From: Alphaproteobacteria bacterium
Lineage (GTDB): Bacteria > Pseudomonadota > Alphaproteobacteria > UBA828
Assembly (NCBI GenBank): GCA_022826665.1
Contig: JAJDUK010000041.1
Coordinates: 18,738-82,737 of the forward strand
Direction of reading: 5' to 3'
Length of the DNA stretch: 64,000 nt
The translations under genes and the position numbers were made by a program. Of the stretch, positions 17,392-26,676 are shown in pieces; within the stretch, counting starts at the first letter, position 1; every line of letters starts with the position of its first letter. The notes under the pieces are model-generated. The model searched no databases, had not been told where the DNA came from, and was given only the letters and a program-made list of their open reading frames with translations.

Positions 17392-18978
17392 ATGCAACCG
17401 CCCGACGCGAAGACCATCCCTGACCTGCTCGACGAGCTGGCGGCACGCTACCCCGACCAGGAGGCGCTGGTCGGCGGCGAGACCCGGCTCAGCTATCGCG
17501 GGCTGCGGGACGAAGTGCGCCGGCTCGCCAAGGGGCTCTTCGCGCTGGGCGTCCGCCGGGGCGACAAGGTCGGCCTGCTGATGGGCAACCGGCCCGAGTG
17601 GCTCCTTGCTGATTTCGCCATCACGCTCCTTGGCGGCACCATGGTCGCCATCAACACTTGGGCGACGGCGCGCGAGCTTGCCCATGTGCTCAGCCATTCT
17701 GATACCAAGTTCCTGATCACGGTCGACCGCTTCCTCAAGTACGACTACCTGGAGACCCTGGACACGCTCGTGCGCGACGGCGATGCGCTTGCGGGCGTGC
17801 GAGAGATCGTGCGCGTCGGCGGCCCGGCCGATCACCCGGCGCGGCGCTTCGAGACCCTGTGGGAGCTCGCGGAGACCGTCGACGATGCGGCGATCGAGAG
17901 CGCCCAGGCCGCCGTGCGCGGAGACGACGTGGCCTACCTGCTCTACACATCGGGCACCACGGCGCTACCCAAGGGCGTGCAACTGCAGCACTACGCCCTG
18001 ATCGAGAACATGTGGAATATCGGCGAGCGCCTGCACCTCCGCCCCGGAGACCGGCTCTGGCTCGCGGTCTCGCTGTTCTGGGGCCTCGGCTGCGAGAACG
18101 CGCTCTTCGCGGTCATGACCCACGCCGGCTGCATCGTGCTGCAGGAGCACTTCGACGCCGGCGAGGCGCTGCGCCTGATCGAGGCCGAGCGCTGCACCGT
18201 CTTCTACGGCACGCCCAACATGGTGCACGCGCTGGAGCAGCACCCGGAGCGGCCGGCGCGCGACATCTCTTCGCTGCGTGCGGGCGCCACCCTGGGCTCG
18301 CGGGAACAGATCAAGCGGCTGATCGACCTCGGCGTCACCGAGACCTGCAACATCTACGGGCTCACCGAGACCTACGGTAATTCCAACGTCACCGACGTGG
18401 ACGACCCGCTGGAGAAGCGGCTCAACACGGTCGGCCGGGCGCTGCCGGGCGTCGATATCGTGATCGCCGATCCCGAAAGCCTCGCGCCGCTGCCGTCCGG
18501 CTCGGTCGGCGAGATCCTGGTCAAGGGTTACGTCACCTGCGGCTACTACAAGGACCCGGCGCTGGACGAGCGGAGCTTTCACGACGGCTACTTCCGCACC
18601 GGCGACCTCGGGCTGCTCGATGAAGATGGCTTCCTGCACTTCCGCGGGCGGCTCAAGGAGATGATCAAGACCGGCGGCATCAACGTCTCGCCGGCGGAGG
18701 TCGAGGCGGTGCTGACCGAAGTGCCGGAGGTCGAGCTCGCCTACGTGATCGGCCTGCCGGACCCGGAGCGCGACCAGCGGGTCGCCGCCATCATCGTGCC
18801 GCGCGACGGCGCCCAGCCGACGGCCGATGCGCTCACCGCTCATTGTTCCGCCCACCTCGCCGCCTACAAGGTGCCGCGGGAAATTCGCTTCGTCACCGCC
18901 GGAGCGCTGCCCCTCACCACCACCGGCAAGCTCCAAAAAGCCCGCCTCGTCGAGTTCTTCGACACGGACCCGGCGTAG
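17392..18978 (+). CDS. Acyl-CoA synthetase / AMP-binding CoA ligase
   Basis: YTSGTTALPKG, YGLTE, RTGDLG, GRLKEMIKTGG, C-terminal TGKL. Confidence 0.93.
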   Translation: MQPPDAKTIPDLLDELAARYPDQEALVGGETRLSYRGLRDEVRRLAKGLFALGVRRGDKVGLLMGNRPEWLLADFAITLLGGTMVAINTWATARELAHVLSHSDTKFLITVDRFLKYDYLETLDTLVRDGDALAGVREIVRVGGPADHPARRFETLWELAETVDDAAIESAQAAVRGDDVAYLLYTSGTTALPKGVQLQHYALIENMWNIGERLHLRPGDRLWLAVSLFWGLGCENALFAVMTHAGCIVLQEHFDAGEALRLIEAERCTVFYGTPNMVHALEQHPERPARDISSLRAGATLGSREQIKRLIDLGVTETCNIYGLTETYGNSNVTDVDDPLEKRLNTVGRALPGVDIVIADPESLAPLPSGSVGEILVKGYVTCGYYKDPALDERSFHDGYFRTGDLGLLDEDGFLHFRGRLKEMIKTGGINVSPAEVEAVLTEVPEVELAYVIGLPDPERDQRVAAIIVPRDGAQPTADALTAHCSAHLAAYKVPREIRFVTAGALPLTTTGKLQKARLVEFFDTDPA

Positions 18979-20156
18979 TGTCGGAGGCGCTGCGCGACAA
19001 GGCGGCGATCGTCGGCATTGGCGCCAGCAGGTTCGGCCGCCACCTGCCCGAGAGCCAGCTCGCGCTCGCCACCCAGGCCTTCAAGGCGGCGCTCGCAGAT
19101 GCTGGCCTCGAGCGGAGCGACATCGATGGCCTCTCCATCCACATCGGCTGGCCGCTCGGCGTCGACTACGACCAGGTCGCCCAGGCCTTCGGCCTCGAAA
19201 TCGACTTCGTCAACCAGGCCTGGGCCCACGGCCGCTTCGTCACCGGCAGCCTGCAAACGGCGGCGATGGCGGTGGCAACCGGCATGGCGAACGTCGTCGC
19301 CTGCGTGAACGTGCTGAGCTTCACCCGCGAGCGCGATATCCTCGGCGGGCCGCACGACTTCGAGGGCTACCGCGAGACCGGCGGCACCCACGCGGAGACG
19401 CCGCATTACGGGCTGACCGCACCGGCCGGCGGCGCCGCGCTGGCCATGCAGCGCTACATGGCGCTCTACGGCGCGACCAGCGCTGAGCTTGCCGCAGTGC
19501 CGGTGGCGCTGCGTGCCCACGCGCGACTCAACCCGAAGGCAGTGATGCGAAAGCCCATGAGCGTCGCCGACCACCAGGCCTCGCGCATGGTGGTGGACCC
19601 GCTCCGGCTCTTCGATTGCTGCATCGTGAGCGATGGCGCTGCCGTGGTGCTGGTGGCGGCGGCCGAACGCGCCCGCGACCTCAGGCAACGCCCGGTCTTC
19701 ATCGCCGGGATGCAGGGGATGGCGGCGGGCCGCAACGAGTTCATCTTCGCGCCGCCCGGTTTGGGCATCAATCAGCAGAGCGGGGAGCGCCCGGACCGGA
19801 CCGCCGAACGCGATCTCGCAGTCTACCGTTCGGCCGACATCCCGCGCGAGGCGATCCAGGGCCTCTACACCTACGATGCCTTCTCGCCACTGGTGCTGTT
19901 CGTGCTCGAGCGCTTCGGCTTCTGTGCGCCGGGCGAGGCGGCGGCCTTCGTGCAGGAGGGCCGCATCGGCCCCGGCGGCACGCTGCCGGTCAACACCTCC
20001 GGCGGTCTTCTCTCGGAGGCTCATGTCGCCGGCTGGAACTCGCTCTGCGAGATGGTGCGCCAGTTGCGGGGCGAGGCCGGGCCGGGCCAGATCGCCGACG
20101 CTCGCGCCCTGCAATGGGCGACGACCTGGGGCGATTCCGTGATCCTGCGGAACTGA
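18978..20156 (+). CDS. Thiolase-fold protein, SCP-x/Ltp2-like (lacks nucleophilic Cys; probable aldolase type)
   Basis: GTG start overlaps the ligase stop; AAIVGIG, PLRLFDCCIVSDGA, YTYDAF, PVNTSGGLLSEAH. Confidence 0.88.
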   Translation: MSEALRDKAAIVGIGASRFGRHLPESQLALATQAFKAALADAGLERSDIDGLSIHIGWPLGVDYDQVAQAFGLEIDFVNQAWAHGRFVTGSLQTAAMAVATGMANVVACVNVLSFTRERDILGGPHDFEGYRETGGTHAETPHYGLTAPAGGAALAMQRYMALYGATSAELAAVPVALRAHARLNPKAVMRKPMSVADHQASRMVVDPLRLFDCCIVSDGAAVVLVAAAERARDLRQRPVFIAGMQGMAAGRNEFIFAPPGLGINQQSGERPDRTAERDLAVYRSADIPREAIQGLYTYDAFSPLVLFVLERFGFCAPGEAAAFVQEGRIGPGGTLPVNTSGGLLSEAHVAGWNSLCEMVRQLRGEAGPGQIADARALQWATTWGDSVILRN

Positions 20157-20174
20157 CGGGACCGGGGCCGGACA

Positions 20175-20588
20175 ATGAGCGCCTACGAGAAGCCCACGCC
20201 GCGCATCAACCCGGACAACGCGCGCTTCTGGGAAAGCGCGCACGAGGGCGTGCTCCGCCTGCCCCGCTGCGGCGATTGCGCGGCGTGGCACTGGCCGCCC
20301 GGCCCGGTCTGCCCCGCCTGTTTCTCCGAGCGGATCGGCTGGGAGGAGGCGCAGGGCCACGGCACGGTCTCCACCTGGACGGTGGTCCACCAGGACTGGT
20401 TCCCCGCGTTCAGGGCCGATATCCCCTACGCGGTGGCGCAGATCGAGCTTGCGGAGGGCGTGCGGCTGACCGCGAACATCGTCGACTGCCCAGCGGATGA
20501 GCTGCGGGTGGGGCTCCCGGTCGAGGTGGTGTTCGACCGCGTCACGGAGACGCTCACGCTGCCGCGCTTCCGCCCGCACCGGGATTGA
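20175..20588 (+). CDS. DUF35 Zn-ribbon/OB-fold protein (ChsH2/BbsA-like thiolase partner)
   Basis: CGDC...HWPPGPVCPAC Zn ribbon; GTVSTWTVVH; PYAVAQIELAEGVRL. Confidence 0.92.
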   Translation: MSAYEKPTPRINPDNARFWESAHEGVLRLPRCGDCAAWHWPPGPVCPACFSERIGWEEAQGHGTVSTWTVVHQDWFPAFRADIPYAVAQIELAEGVRLTANIVDCPADELRVGLPVEVVFDRVTETLTLPRFRPHRD

Positions 20589-20611
20589 GCGGCAGACGGA
20601 AGGAGAGGGTC

Positions 20612-21379
20612 GTGGCCAACATCCTGTGCGAGCGCGAGGACGACTGCCTGCGCATCCGCCTTAGCAGCGGTACCACCAACGCGCTGACGACGGCGGTTAT
20701 CCAAGACCTCGCGCAGGCGGTCGCGGACGCCAACCGCGACGCCCGCGGCGCCATGCTCTGCGGCGGCGAAAAATTCTTCTGCAACGGCCTGGACCTGGAC
20801 TGGGCGCTCGCGTGCTCGCGCGCCGAGATCAGCGAGATGTTTCACGCGCTGGCGGGGCTGATCCTCGCCATGCTGGAATCGCCGCTCCCCATCGTGGGCG
20901 CCATCAAGGGCCACGCCATCGGCGGCGGCATGGCCATCTATCTGGCCTGCGACTATCGCTACGCCGCCACGGGACGCGTGCTGATCGGCAAGCCCGAAAT
21001 CCTGCTGGGCGTGCCCAACCCCTATTACGGCGACCAACTCCTGCGCTTCGTTGCCGGCGATTTCGTCGCTTCCGACATGATCTACACCGGCAAGCTCGTC
21101 CGCGCCGACGAGGGCCGCGCCCTCAACCTCGTGCACGAAACCGGGCCCAAGGAAGACATCGAGAAGACGGCGTGGGGGCGCCTGCTGTTCCTGCGCGACC
21201 TCGCGCCGGAGGCCTTCGTGGAATCCAAGCGCATGAGGCTCGGCAAGTTCTGCGCCGACTTGCGGGAGCAGATGCCCACCCGCATCGCCCGCCAGGTCGA
21301 GATTTGGTCCGGCGACGAGGCGCAGGCTCGCCTCAGCGCCGGCGCCGAAAGGCTCAAGCGTCGGCGGCGCGAGGACTGA
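20612..21379 (+). CDS. Enoyl-CoA hydratase/isomerase (crotonase) family
   Basis: FFCNGLDL oxyanion loop, GHAIGGG, KPEILLG. GTG 20612 preferred because AGGAGAGG precedes it. Confidence 0.88.
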   Translation: MANILCEREDDCLRIRLSSGTTNALTTAVIQDLAQAVADANRDARGAMLCGGEKFFCNGLDLDWALACSRAEISEMFHALAGLILAMLESPLPIVGAIKGHAIGGGMAIYLACDYRYAATGRVLIGKPEILLGVPNPYYGDQLLRFVAGDFVASDMIYTGKLVRADEGRALNLVHETGPKEDIEKTAWGRLLFLRDLAPEAFVESKRMRLGKFCADLREQMPTRIARQVEIWSGDEAQARLSAGAERLKRRRRED

Positions 21380-21445
21380 TCGTCCGCACCTCTCACGGCA
21401 TTCGCGATCCGGTTCCGCGTCCCACGTCCGATAAACAATTTTCAT

Positions 21446-21605
21446 GCGGGACACGCCGGGATTAGGCGGGATGGGTGGGAAGTCACGGGGACAGGCGGGG
21501 ATGACGGCGGTGACTGGGGGCGGCGCGCTCTCACATGGCATAGCGCGATCCTGACGCGCTCGCCGCCCGCCTTGCATCGCACCATGGTCCGGGGAATCGC
21601 GGGGA
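21446..21605. repeat. Helically phased GGGA repeat array / G-quadruplex-like tract
   Basis: GGGA at 21448, 21458, 21468, 21477, 21488, 21498 and again at 21592 and 21602, in a non-coding gap between convergent genes. Confidence 0.6.
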
Positions 21606-21632
21606 CGCTCCGGCCCCGGCGGACAATCCGAG

Positions 21633-22733
21633 CTAACCGATCAGGCGTAGTTCGCGCGGGAACGACGTGAGCGAGCGCGCACCATCCTCGGTGATGGTCA
21701 CGTCGTCCTCGATGCGGACCCCGACATCGCCGGCGCCGTAGAGGCCGGGCTCGATGGTGATGACGAAGCCGGGCTCCAGCCGCTGGCGATTGCCGACCAT
21801 GACCTGCGGCGCCTCGTGCACGTCGAGCCCGAGGCCGTGGCCGGTCTTGTGCACGATCATGTCGGCGAAGGGCGAGGCGCGCAGCACGTCGGTCACGGCG
21901 GTATCCAGATCGTGCGCGGTGACGCCGGGTGCGGCCATGCGACGCCCCAGCGCGTTCGCCGCGCGCACGGTCTCGTAGACCTCCGCATGGCGGTCGTCCA
22001 CATGCTCGCAGAAGAAGGTGCGCGTGATGTCCGCGCTGAACCCGTCGATCTTCGCGCCGAAATCGATCAGCAGCGCATCGCCGGGCCTGAGCGGCGCATC
22101 GTCCGGCGTGCCGTGCGGGTTCGCCGCCTTCGCGCCCGCCAGCACGATGGGCTCGAAGCCGAACCCGTCCGAGCCATGCGCCAGCATCCGGGTCTTCAAC
22201 AGCGCGGCGATGGCCCGCTCGGTATCGCCGGCCCGGACCTCGTCGAGGGTTTCGCCCAGCGCGAGCTGGCTGATCTCGATGGCGCGGGAGAGGCTCGCGA
22301 TCTCGTCCTCGTCCTTGGCGATGCGAAGCGGCTGCAGCGCCGCGTCGGCATTCCGCACCTCGCCGTTCCCCATGTGCCGGCGCAGCGCATCGTACTCGAA
22401 CATGCGCATCCGCCCGCCTTCGACGCCGAGGGCCGCAGCCCCCAGCGCGCGCAGCGCGGCCTCGAAAGCGGCCTCGAAGCCGTCGCTGTCCTGCCAGTAG
22501 AAGGTCTCGGCGTCGGGGAAGGTGGTCGACCACTTGAGGCGCTCAAGCTCGGGCATGATGGCGAGCATCTGGGCCTTCCCGGTAACGAAGAGCAGCGTCG
22601 GGCGCTCCATCAGCGGGAAGTCGAGGCCAGTGAGGTATTGAAAGCTCGGCCCCGGCACGAAAGCGGCAGCATCCAGGCCCGCACCCCGGATCAGCGCGGC
22701 CGCGCGGTCGCGGCGCAGGTCGTGGCCCGTCAT
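21633..22733 (-). CDS. M24 family Xaa-Pro (di/amino)peptidase
   Basis: All five metal ligands visible: IDFGA, SADITRT, TGHGLG, TIEPG, RIEDD; creatinase-type N-domain. Confidence 0.93.
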   Translation of the reverse strand: MTGHDLRRDRAAALIRGAGLDAAAFVPGPSFQYLTGLDFPLMERPTLLFVTGKAQMLAIMPELERLKWSTTFPDAETFYWQDSDGFEAAFEAALRALGAAALGVEGGRMRMFEYDALRRHMGNGEVRNADAALQPLRIAKDEDEIASLSRAIEISQLALGETLDEVRAGDTERAIAALLKTRMLAHGSDGFGFEPIVLAGAKAANPHGTPDDAPLRPGDALLIDFGAKIDGFSADITRTFFCEHVDDRHAEVYETVRAANALGRRMAAPGVTAHDLDTAVTDVLRASPFADMIVHKTGHGLGLDVHEAPQVMVGNRQRLEPGFVITIEPGLYGAGDVGVRIEDDVTITEDGARSLTSFPRELRLIG

Positions 22734-23461
22734 AGCGCGCTGAGCCCCTGGCCGAAGCGCTCCAGCCGCATCTCCCCGCCGAAGCGGGGCTCTAGCGAGC
22801 GGACGATGATCGCCAAGTCCGCCAGAATCATGCGCTCGATCGCGCGGTCGCCCGCGGCAGCGTCCCCGGCGAGCACCGCGTCGACCAGCGCCTTCATGCG
22901 ACCGACCGAGGCGCGGCGCTCCTCGCTGGTCGCATTGGGATAGTAATGGAGCACCCGCATGCGCATACCGGCATCGATCACCTCATCGAAGAACTTGATC
23001 AGGAAGATATTGCGGGACAGCCCCGCCAGATGGCGAAGCGCCACCAGCTCGCTCTTGAGCGACGCCTCCCAGTCATCGTCCTCCACCGCCTGGACGAAGC
23101 GGTGCACGTGATCGTTCAACGGCGCCGCCTCGGCCCGGCCGGAGAGCGCCGCCGCCCGTGCCATGGCTCGGGAGATGATCAGCGCGGTATCCAGATAGTC
23201 GCCGGTGTTATCGAGCGAGAAGTGCGCCACGATGCTGGTCCGGTTCGGCAGGAACTGGACCAGCCGTTCGCCCGCGAGCAGGAGCAGGGCCTCCCGGATG
23301 GGTGTGCGCGAGACCTCGAAGCGGGCGGCTAGGGCGGTCTCGTCCAGAGCGGAGCCCGGCGCGATCCGCACCCAGAGGATTTCCTCGCGCAGCACGTCGT
23401 ACACCTGCAGAGCGCCGCGGCGCCCGCGCTTTCGGGGGCGTGCCTTGATTTCCGCTGCCAT
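22730..23461 (-). CDS. GntR family (FCD) transcriptional regulator
   Basis: wHTH LDETALAARFEVSRTPIREALLLL plus a C-terminal helical FCD-like domain; ATGA overlap with the peptidase. Confidence 0.92.
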   Translation of the reverse strand: MAAEIKARPRKRGRRGALQVYDVLREEILWVRIAPGSALDETALAARFEVSRTPIREALLLLAGERLVQFLPNRTSIVAHFSLDNTGDYLDTALIISRAMARAAALSGRAEAAPLNDHVHRFVQAVEDDDWEASLKSELVALRHLAGLSRNIFLIKFFDEVIDAGMRMRVLHYYPNATSEERRASVGRMKALVDAVLAGDAAAGDRAIERMILADLAIIVRSLEPRFGGEMRLERFGQGLSAL

Positions 23462-23501
23462 GCGCCGTGGCTCAGACTGCTAAAATTCTCGCCTTGAACG
23501 A

Positions 23502-23527
23502 TTGCATTATGTTTGCATAATAATATG
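23502..23527. promoter_or_regulatory. Candidate GntR operator in the divergent promoter region
   Basis: AT-rich TTGCATTATGTTTGCATAATAATATG with inverted repeat ATTATG-N4-CATAAT (23506-23521) and TTGCAT direct repeats 11 bp apart. Confidence 0.5.
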
Positions 23528-23588
23528 CTACGGGTGAGTCAAGGTGATAAACTACGTGTGGGTCAAGACGCAGAAGGGAGACATCGAC

Positions 23589-24587
23589 ATGACGCGATCC
23601 ATCACGCTGCTGCTTGGGGCCGTAGCCCTTGCCTTCGCCGTTGCACTGGCCACGCCGGCAATGGCGCAATCGAAGAGGGTCGCCTTCTTCGCCGCCTCTT
23701 CGCAGAACGGCTTCAACCAGGCGACGTACGAAGGTGTCGAGGAAATGGCCATCAAGCTCGGGTACGAGGCCGAGATCTATGACGGCAAGTTCGACGCCAT
23801 CCACCAGTACAGCCAGATCGAGGACGTGCTCGCCAGCGGCCGCTTCGAGGGCATGATTGTGGCGCCCAACGACCCCGTCGGCATCTCCGGCGCGTTCGAG
23901 CAGGTGATCGAGGCAGGCGTGCCGATCGCTACCGTGCTCTTCCCGATCGGGCCGGACCTCACCACCCTGGAGCCGCAGGTGCCCGGCATCACGTCGACCG
24001 TCGCATCGCCGCCCGTCGACGGCGCCACCTGGCAGGCCGAGGCCGCGGCGGCGTATTGCGCGGACAAGGACCCCTGCAACGTCATCATCATCATCGGCTT
24101 CAAGACCTTCCCCTTCGACAATCTGCGGCTTGAGACCTTCGAGAAGGTTCTGGCCCAGTACCCCAACATCAAGGTGGTGGGGGTTGGCGAGGGCTGGTAT
24201 TCGCCGGATACCTCGCTGAAGGCGATGCAGGACATGCTGCAGGCGGCGCGGGACGTGCACGTGGTGCTGTCGAATGCCGACCAGCACTTGGTAGGTGCGG
24301 AGATCGCGCTGGAGGCCGAGGGCTACAACGTGGCCGACCTCTACCTCATCGGCGGCGGTGCTGCGGCGATCTCGATCGAGGCGATCCGCGAAGGGCGCTG
24401 GGATGCCACCCTTGCCTACTTCCCCAAGACCATGGGGGCGCTCGCGATGGAGCAGATCGCCAACGCCATCGAGGGCAAGCCCGTGGACAACGCCATCAAC
24501 ATGGACGTCTCGGGTCCGCTCCAGGCCATGATCGACAAGGCCATTCTCGACGCCAACCCCGACTTCAGGGGCGAGTGGGAGCAGTAA
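23589..24587 (+). CDS. Sugar-type ABC periplasmic binding protein (RbsB fold)
   Basis: Signal peptide ending AMA; AASSQNGFNQ; QYSQIEDVLASG; RBS AAGGGAG. Confidence 0.9.
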   Translation: MTRSITLLLGAVALAFAVALATPAMAQSKRVAFFAASSQNGFNQATYEGVEEMAIKLGYEAEIYDGKFDAIHQYSQIEDVLASGRFEGMIVAPNDPVGISGAFEQVIEAGVPIATVLFPIGPDLTTLEPQVPGITSTVASPPVDGATWQAEAAAAYCADKDPCNVIIIIGFKTFPFDNLRLETFEKVLAQYPNIKVVGVGEGWYSPDTSLKAMQDMLQAARDVHVVLSNADQHLVGAEIALEAEGYNVADLYLIGGGAAAISIEAIREGRWDATLAYFPKTMGALAMEQIANAIEGKPVDNAINMDVSGPLQAMIDKAILDANPDFRGEWEQ

Positions 24588-24599
24588 CCGACGTTACCC

Positions 24600-24621
24600 G
24601 CCGGGGCCTTCGGGCCCCGGC
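24600..24621 (+). other. Stable cUUCGg stem-loop after the SBP gene
   Basis: GCCGGGGCC-TTCG-GGCCCCGGC; 9 bp stem, no U-tract. Confidence 0.65.
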
Positions 24622-24648
24622 GGTCGCTTGGCGCCGGGAGGTGGTAAT

Positions 24649-26676
24649 TTGACCCGTCACTACCGGGTGTCCGCCGATATCGGCGGCACGTTTACGGATA
24701 TCGTCTATCAGGACTGTTCAACCGGCGCCTGCGGCGCTGCGAAGGTTCTTTCCACACCGGACGACCCGGCGCTTGCGGTGCTCCGGGGCATCGAGGCGGC
24801 GATCCCGACCGAAGCCGCAATCGATTTCTTCGTCCACGGCACGACGGTTGGGCTCAACGCGCTGCTCACCCGGCGGGGCGCCAAGGTGGCGCTGCTCACC
24901 ACCGAGAACTTTCGGGACATCTACACGATCCAGGGCAACGACCGCGGCGAGATCTTCTCGATCCGCTGGAACAAACCCGAGCCGCTCACGCCGCTGGAGC
25001 ACACGTTCACGGCGCGGGAGCGGATCGCGGCCACCGGCGAGGCCGTGACGCCTCTGGAGACGAGCGATCTCGACCGCCTCGTCGCTGCGGTGAAGGAGGA
25101 GGGTTTCGAGGCGATCGCCATCGCCTTCCTCTTCTCCTTCAAGAACCCCGCGCATGAGCTGGAGGCCGCCGAGTACTTGCGCGCCCGCCTGCCCGACATT
25201 CCCATCGGGCTCTCGCACCGGGTCTCGCCCGAGTGGCGGGAGTTCGAGCGGACCTCGACCGCGGTGATGGACAGCTACCTCGCGCCGGTGGTGCGGGGTT
25301 ACCTGGAGACGCTGATCGGCGGCCTCGGCGACCGCCTGCCCGAGGGCCGGGGGCTGCACGTCATGCAGTCCAACGGCGGGGTGATGACCGCGGAATCCGC
25401 CAGCGAGACGCCGCTGCAGACGCTGCTCTCGGGCCCCGTCGGTGGCGCCATTGGCGGCAGGGCGCTCTCCGCTGCGACCGGCCGGCCCAATCTCATCTGC
25501 ATCGACATGGGCGGGACCTCCTTCGACGCCAGCCTGATCATCGACGGGCTGCCCTCCGGCTCCAACCACGCCAAACTGGAGGGGCTGCCGGTGCAGATGT
25601 CGGTGGTGGATATCCACGTCATCGGCGCCGGCGGCGGCTCCATCGCGTGGGAGGAGGCGGGCGCCATGCGTGTCGGCCCCCAATCCGCCGGCTCGATGCC
25701 GGGGCCGGCCTGCTACGGGCTGGGCGGGACCGAGCCCACGGTCTCCGACGCCAACTTGGTGCTCGGCCGGCTTGACGGCGCCAACTTCTCCGGCGGGGCG
25801 ATGGCGCTGGACCGGGGCGCGGCGGGCGCGGCGCTCACGACGGTCGGCGAGACGTTCGGGCTCACGACCGAGGCCATGGCGCAGGGCGTCGTGGATGTCG
25901 TGAACGCCAAGATGGCAGATGCGATCAGGACCATTACCGTCCAGCGCGGCATCGACCCACGCGACTTCTCCCTGGTCGCCTTCGGTGGCGCCGGCCCGGC
26001 ACAGGCGGGCGCGCTCGCCGAAGAGCTGCAGATTCGCGAGGTGATCGTGCCGGTGCACCCCGGCGCGTTCTCCGCCTGGGGCATGCTGCAGACGGACGTG
26101 CGCCGCGACTACAAGGAAACGCTCTATTCCTTCTGGGACCTCATGGACCTCGCGGTCCTCGAAGCCGCGTTCGCGGGTCTCGAGGAAAACGGCCGCCAAC
26201 ACCTGCTGGCTGAGGGGATCGCCGAGGACGCCATCGCCTTCGAGCGGGCCATCGACTTCCGCTACTACGGGCAGGAATATGTCCTCACCATCCCGGTGCC
26301 CAGCGGGACCATCGACATGGATGCCGTGCGCAAGAGCTTCGATGTGGCGTACGACCGGCAGTACGGCCACTCCAGCCCGGAGAACCGCGTCGAGATGGCG
26401 AACATCCGCCTAGCCGCGCTCGGCCGGCTGGCGCGACCGGCTTCCGCGCCGCCCGCGCGCGAGGCCGCACGGCCCACGCGCGAGCGGGATGTCATCTTCG
26501 CCGGCCGGCCGCTGAAGACACCCGTCCTCGACCGCAACGGGCTCGAAATCGGCAATGCCGTGGCGGGCCCTGCGATCATCGAGGAATCGACCGCGACGAC
26601 GCTGGTGCCGCCGGGCTGGAGCGCCACGGTGATCGAGGGCGGCCACCTCTCCATGACGAAGGAGGCGGGATCATGA
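24649..26676 (+). CDS. Hydantoinase A / 5-oxoprolinase ATP-binding subunit family
   Basis: ADIGGTFTD, HGTTVGLNALL, LLSGPVGG, IDMGGTSFD, GPQSAGSMPGPACYG, FGGAGP. TTG 24649 follows GGAGG. Confidence 0.93.
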   Translation: MTRHYRVSADIGGTFTDIVYQDCSTGACGAAKVLSTPDDPALAVLRGIEAAIPTEAAIDFFVHGTTVGLNALLTRRGAKVALLTTENFRDIYTIQGNDRGEIFSIRWNKPEPLTPLEHTFTARERIAATGEAVTPLETSDLDRLVAAVKEEGFEAIAIAFLFSFKNPAHELEAAEYLRARLPDIPIGLSHRVSPEWREFERTSTAVMDSYLAPVVRGYLETLIGGLGDRLPEGRGLHVMQSNGGVMTAESASETPLQTLLSGPVGGAIGGRALSAATGRPNLICIDMGGTSFDASLIIDGLPSGSNHAKLEGLPVQMSVVDIHVIGAGGGSIAWEEAGAMRVGPQSAGSMPGPACYGLGGTEPTVSDANLVLGRLDGANFSGGAMALDRGAAGAALTTVGETFGLTTEAMAQGVVDVVNAKMADAIRTITVQRGIDPRDFSLVAFGGAGPAQAGALAEELQIREVIVPVHPGAFSAWGMLQTDVRRDYKETLYSFWDLMDLAVLEAAFAGLEENGRQHLLAEGIAEDAIAFERAIDFRYYGQEYVLTIPVPSGTIDMDAVRKSFDVAYDRQYGHSSPENRVEMANIRLAALGRLARPASAPPAREAARPTRERDVIFAGRPLKTPVLDRNGLEIGNAVAGPAIIEESTATTLVPPGWSATVIEGGHLSMTKEAGS

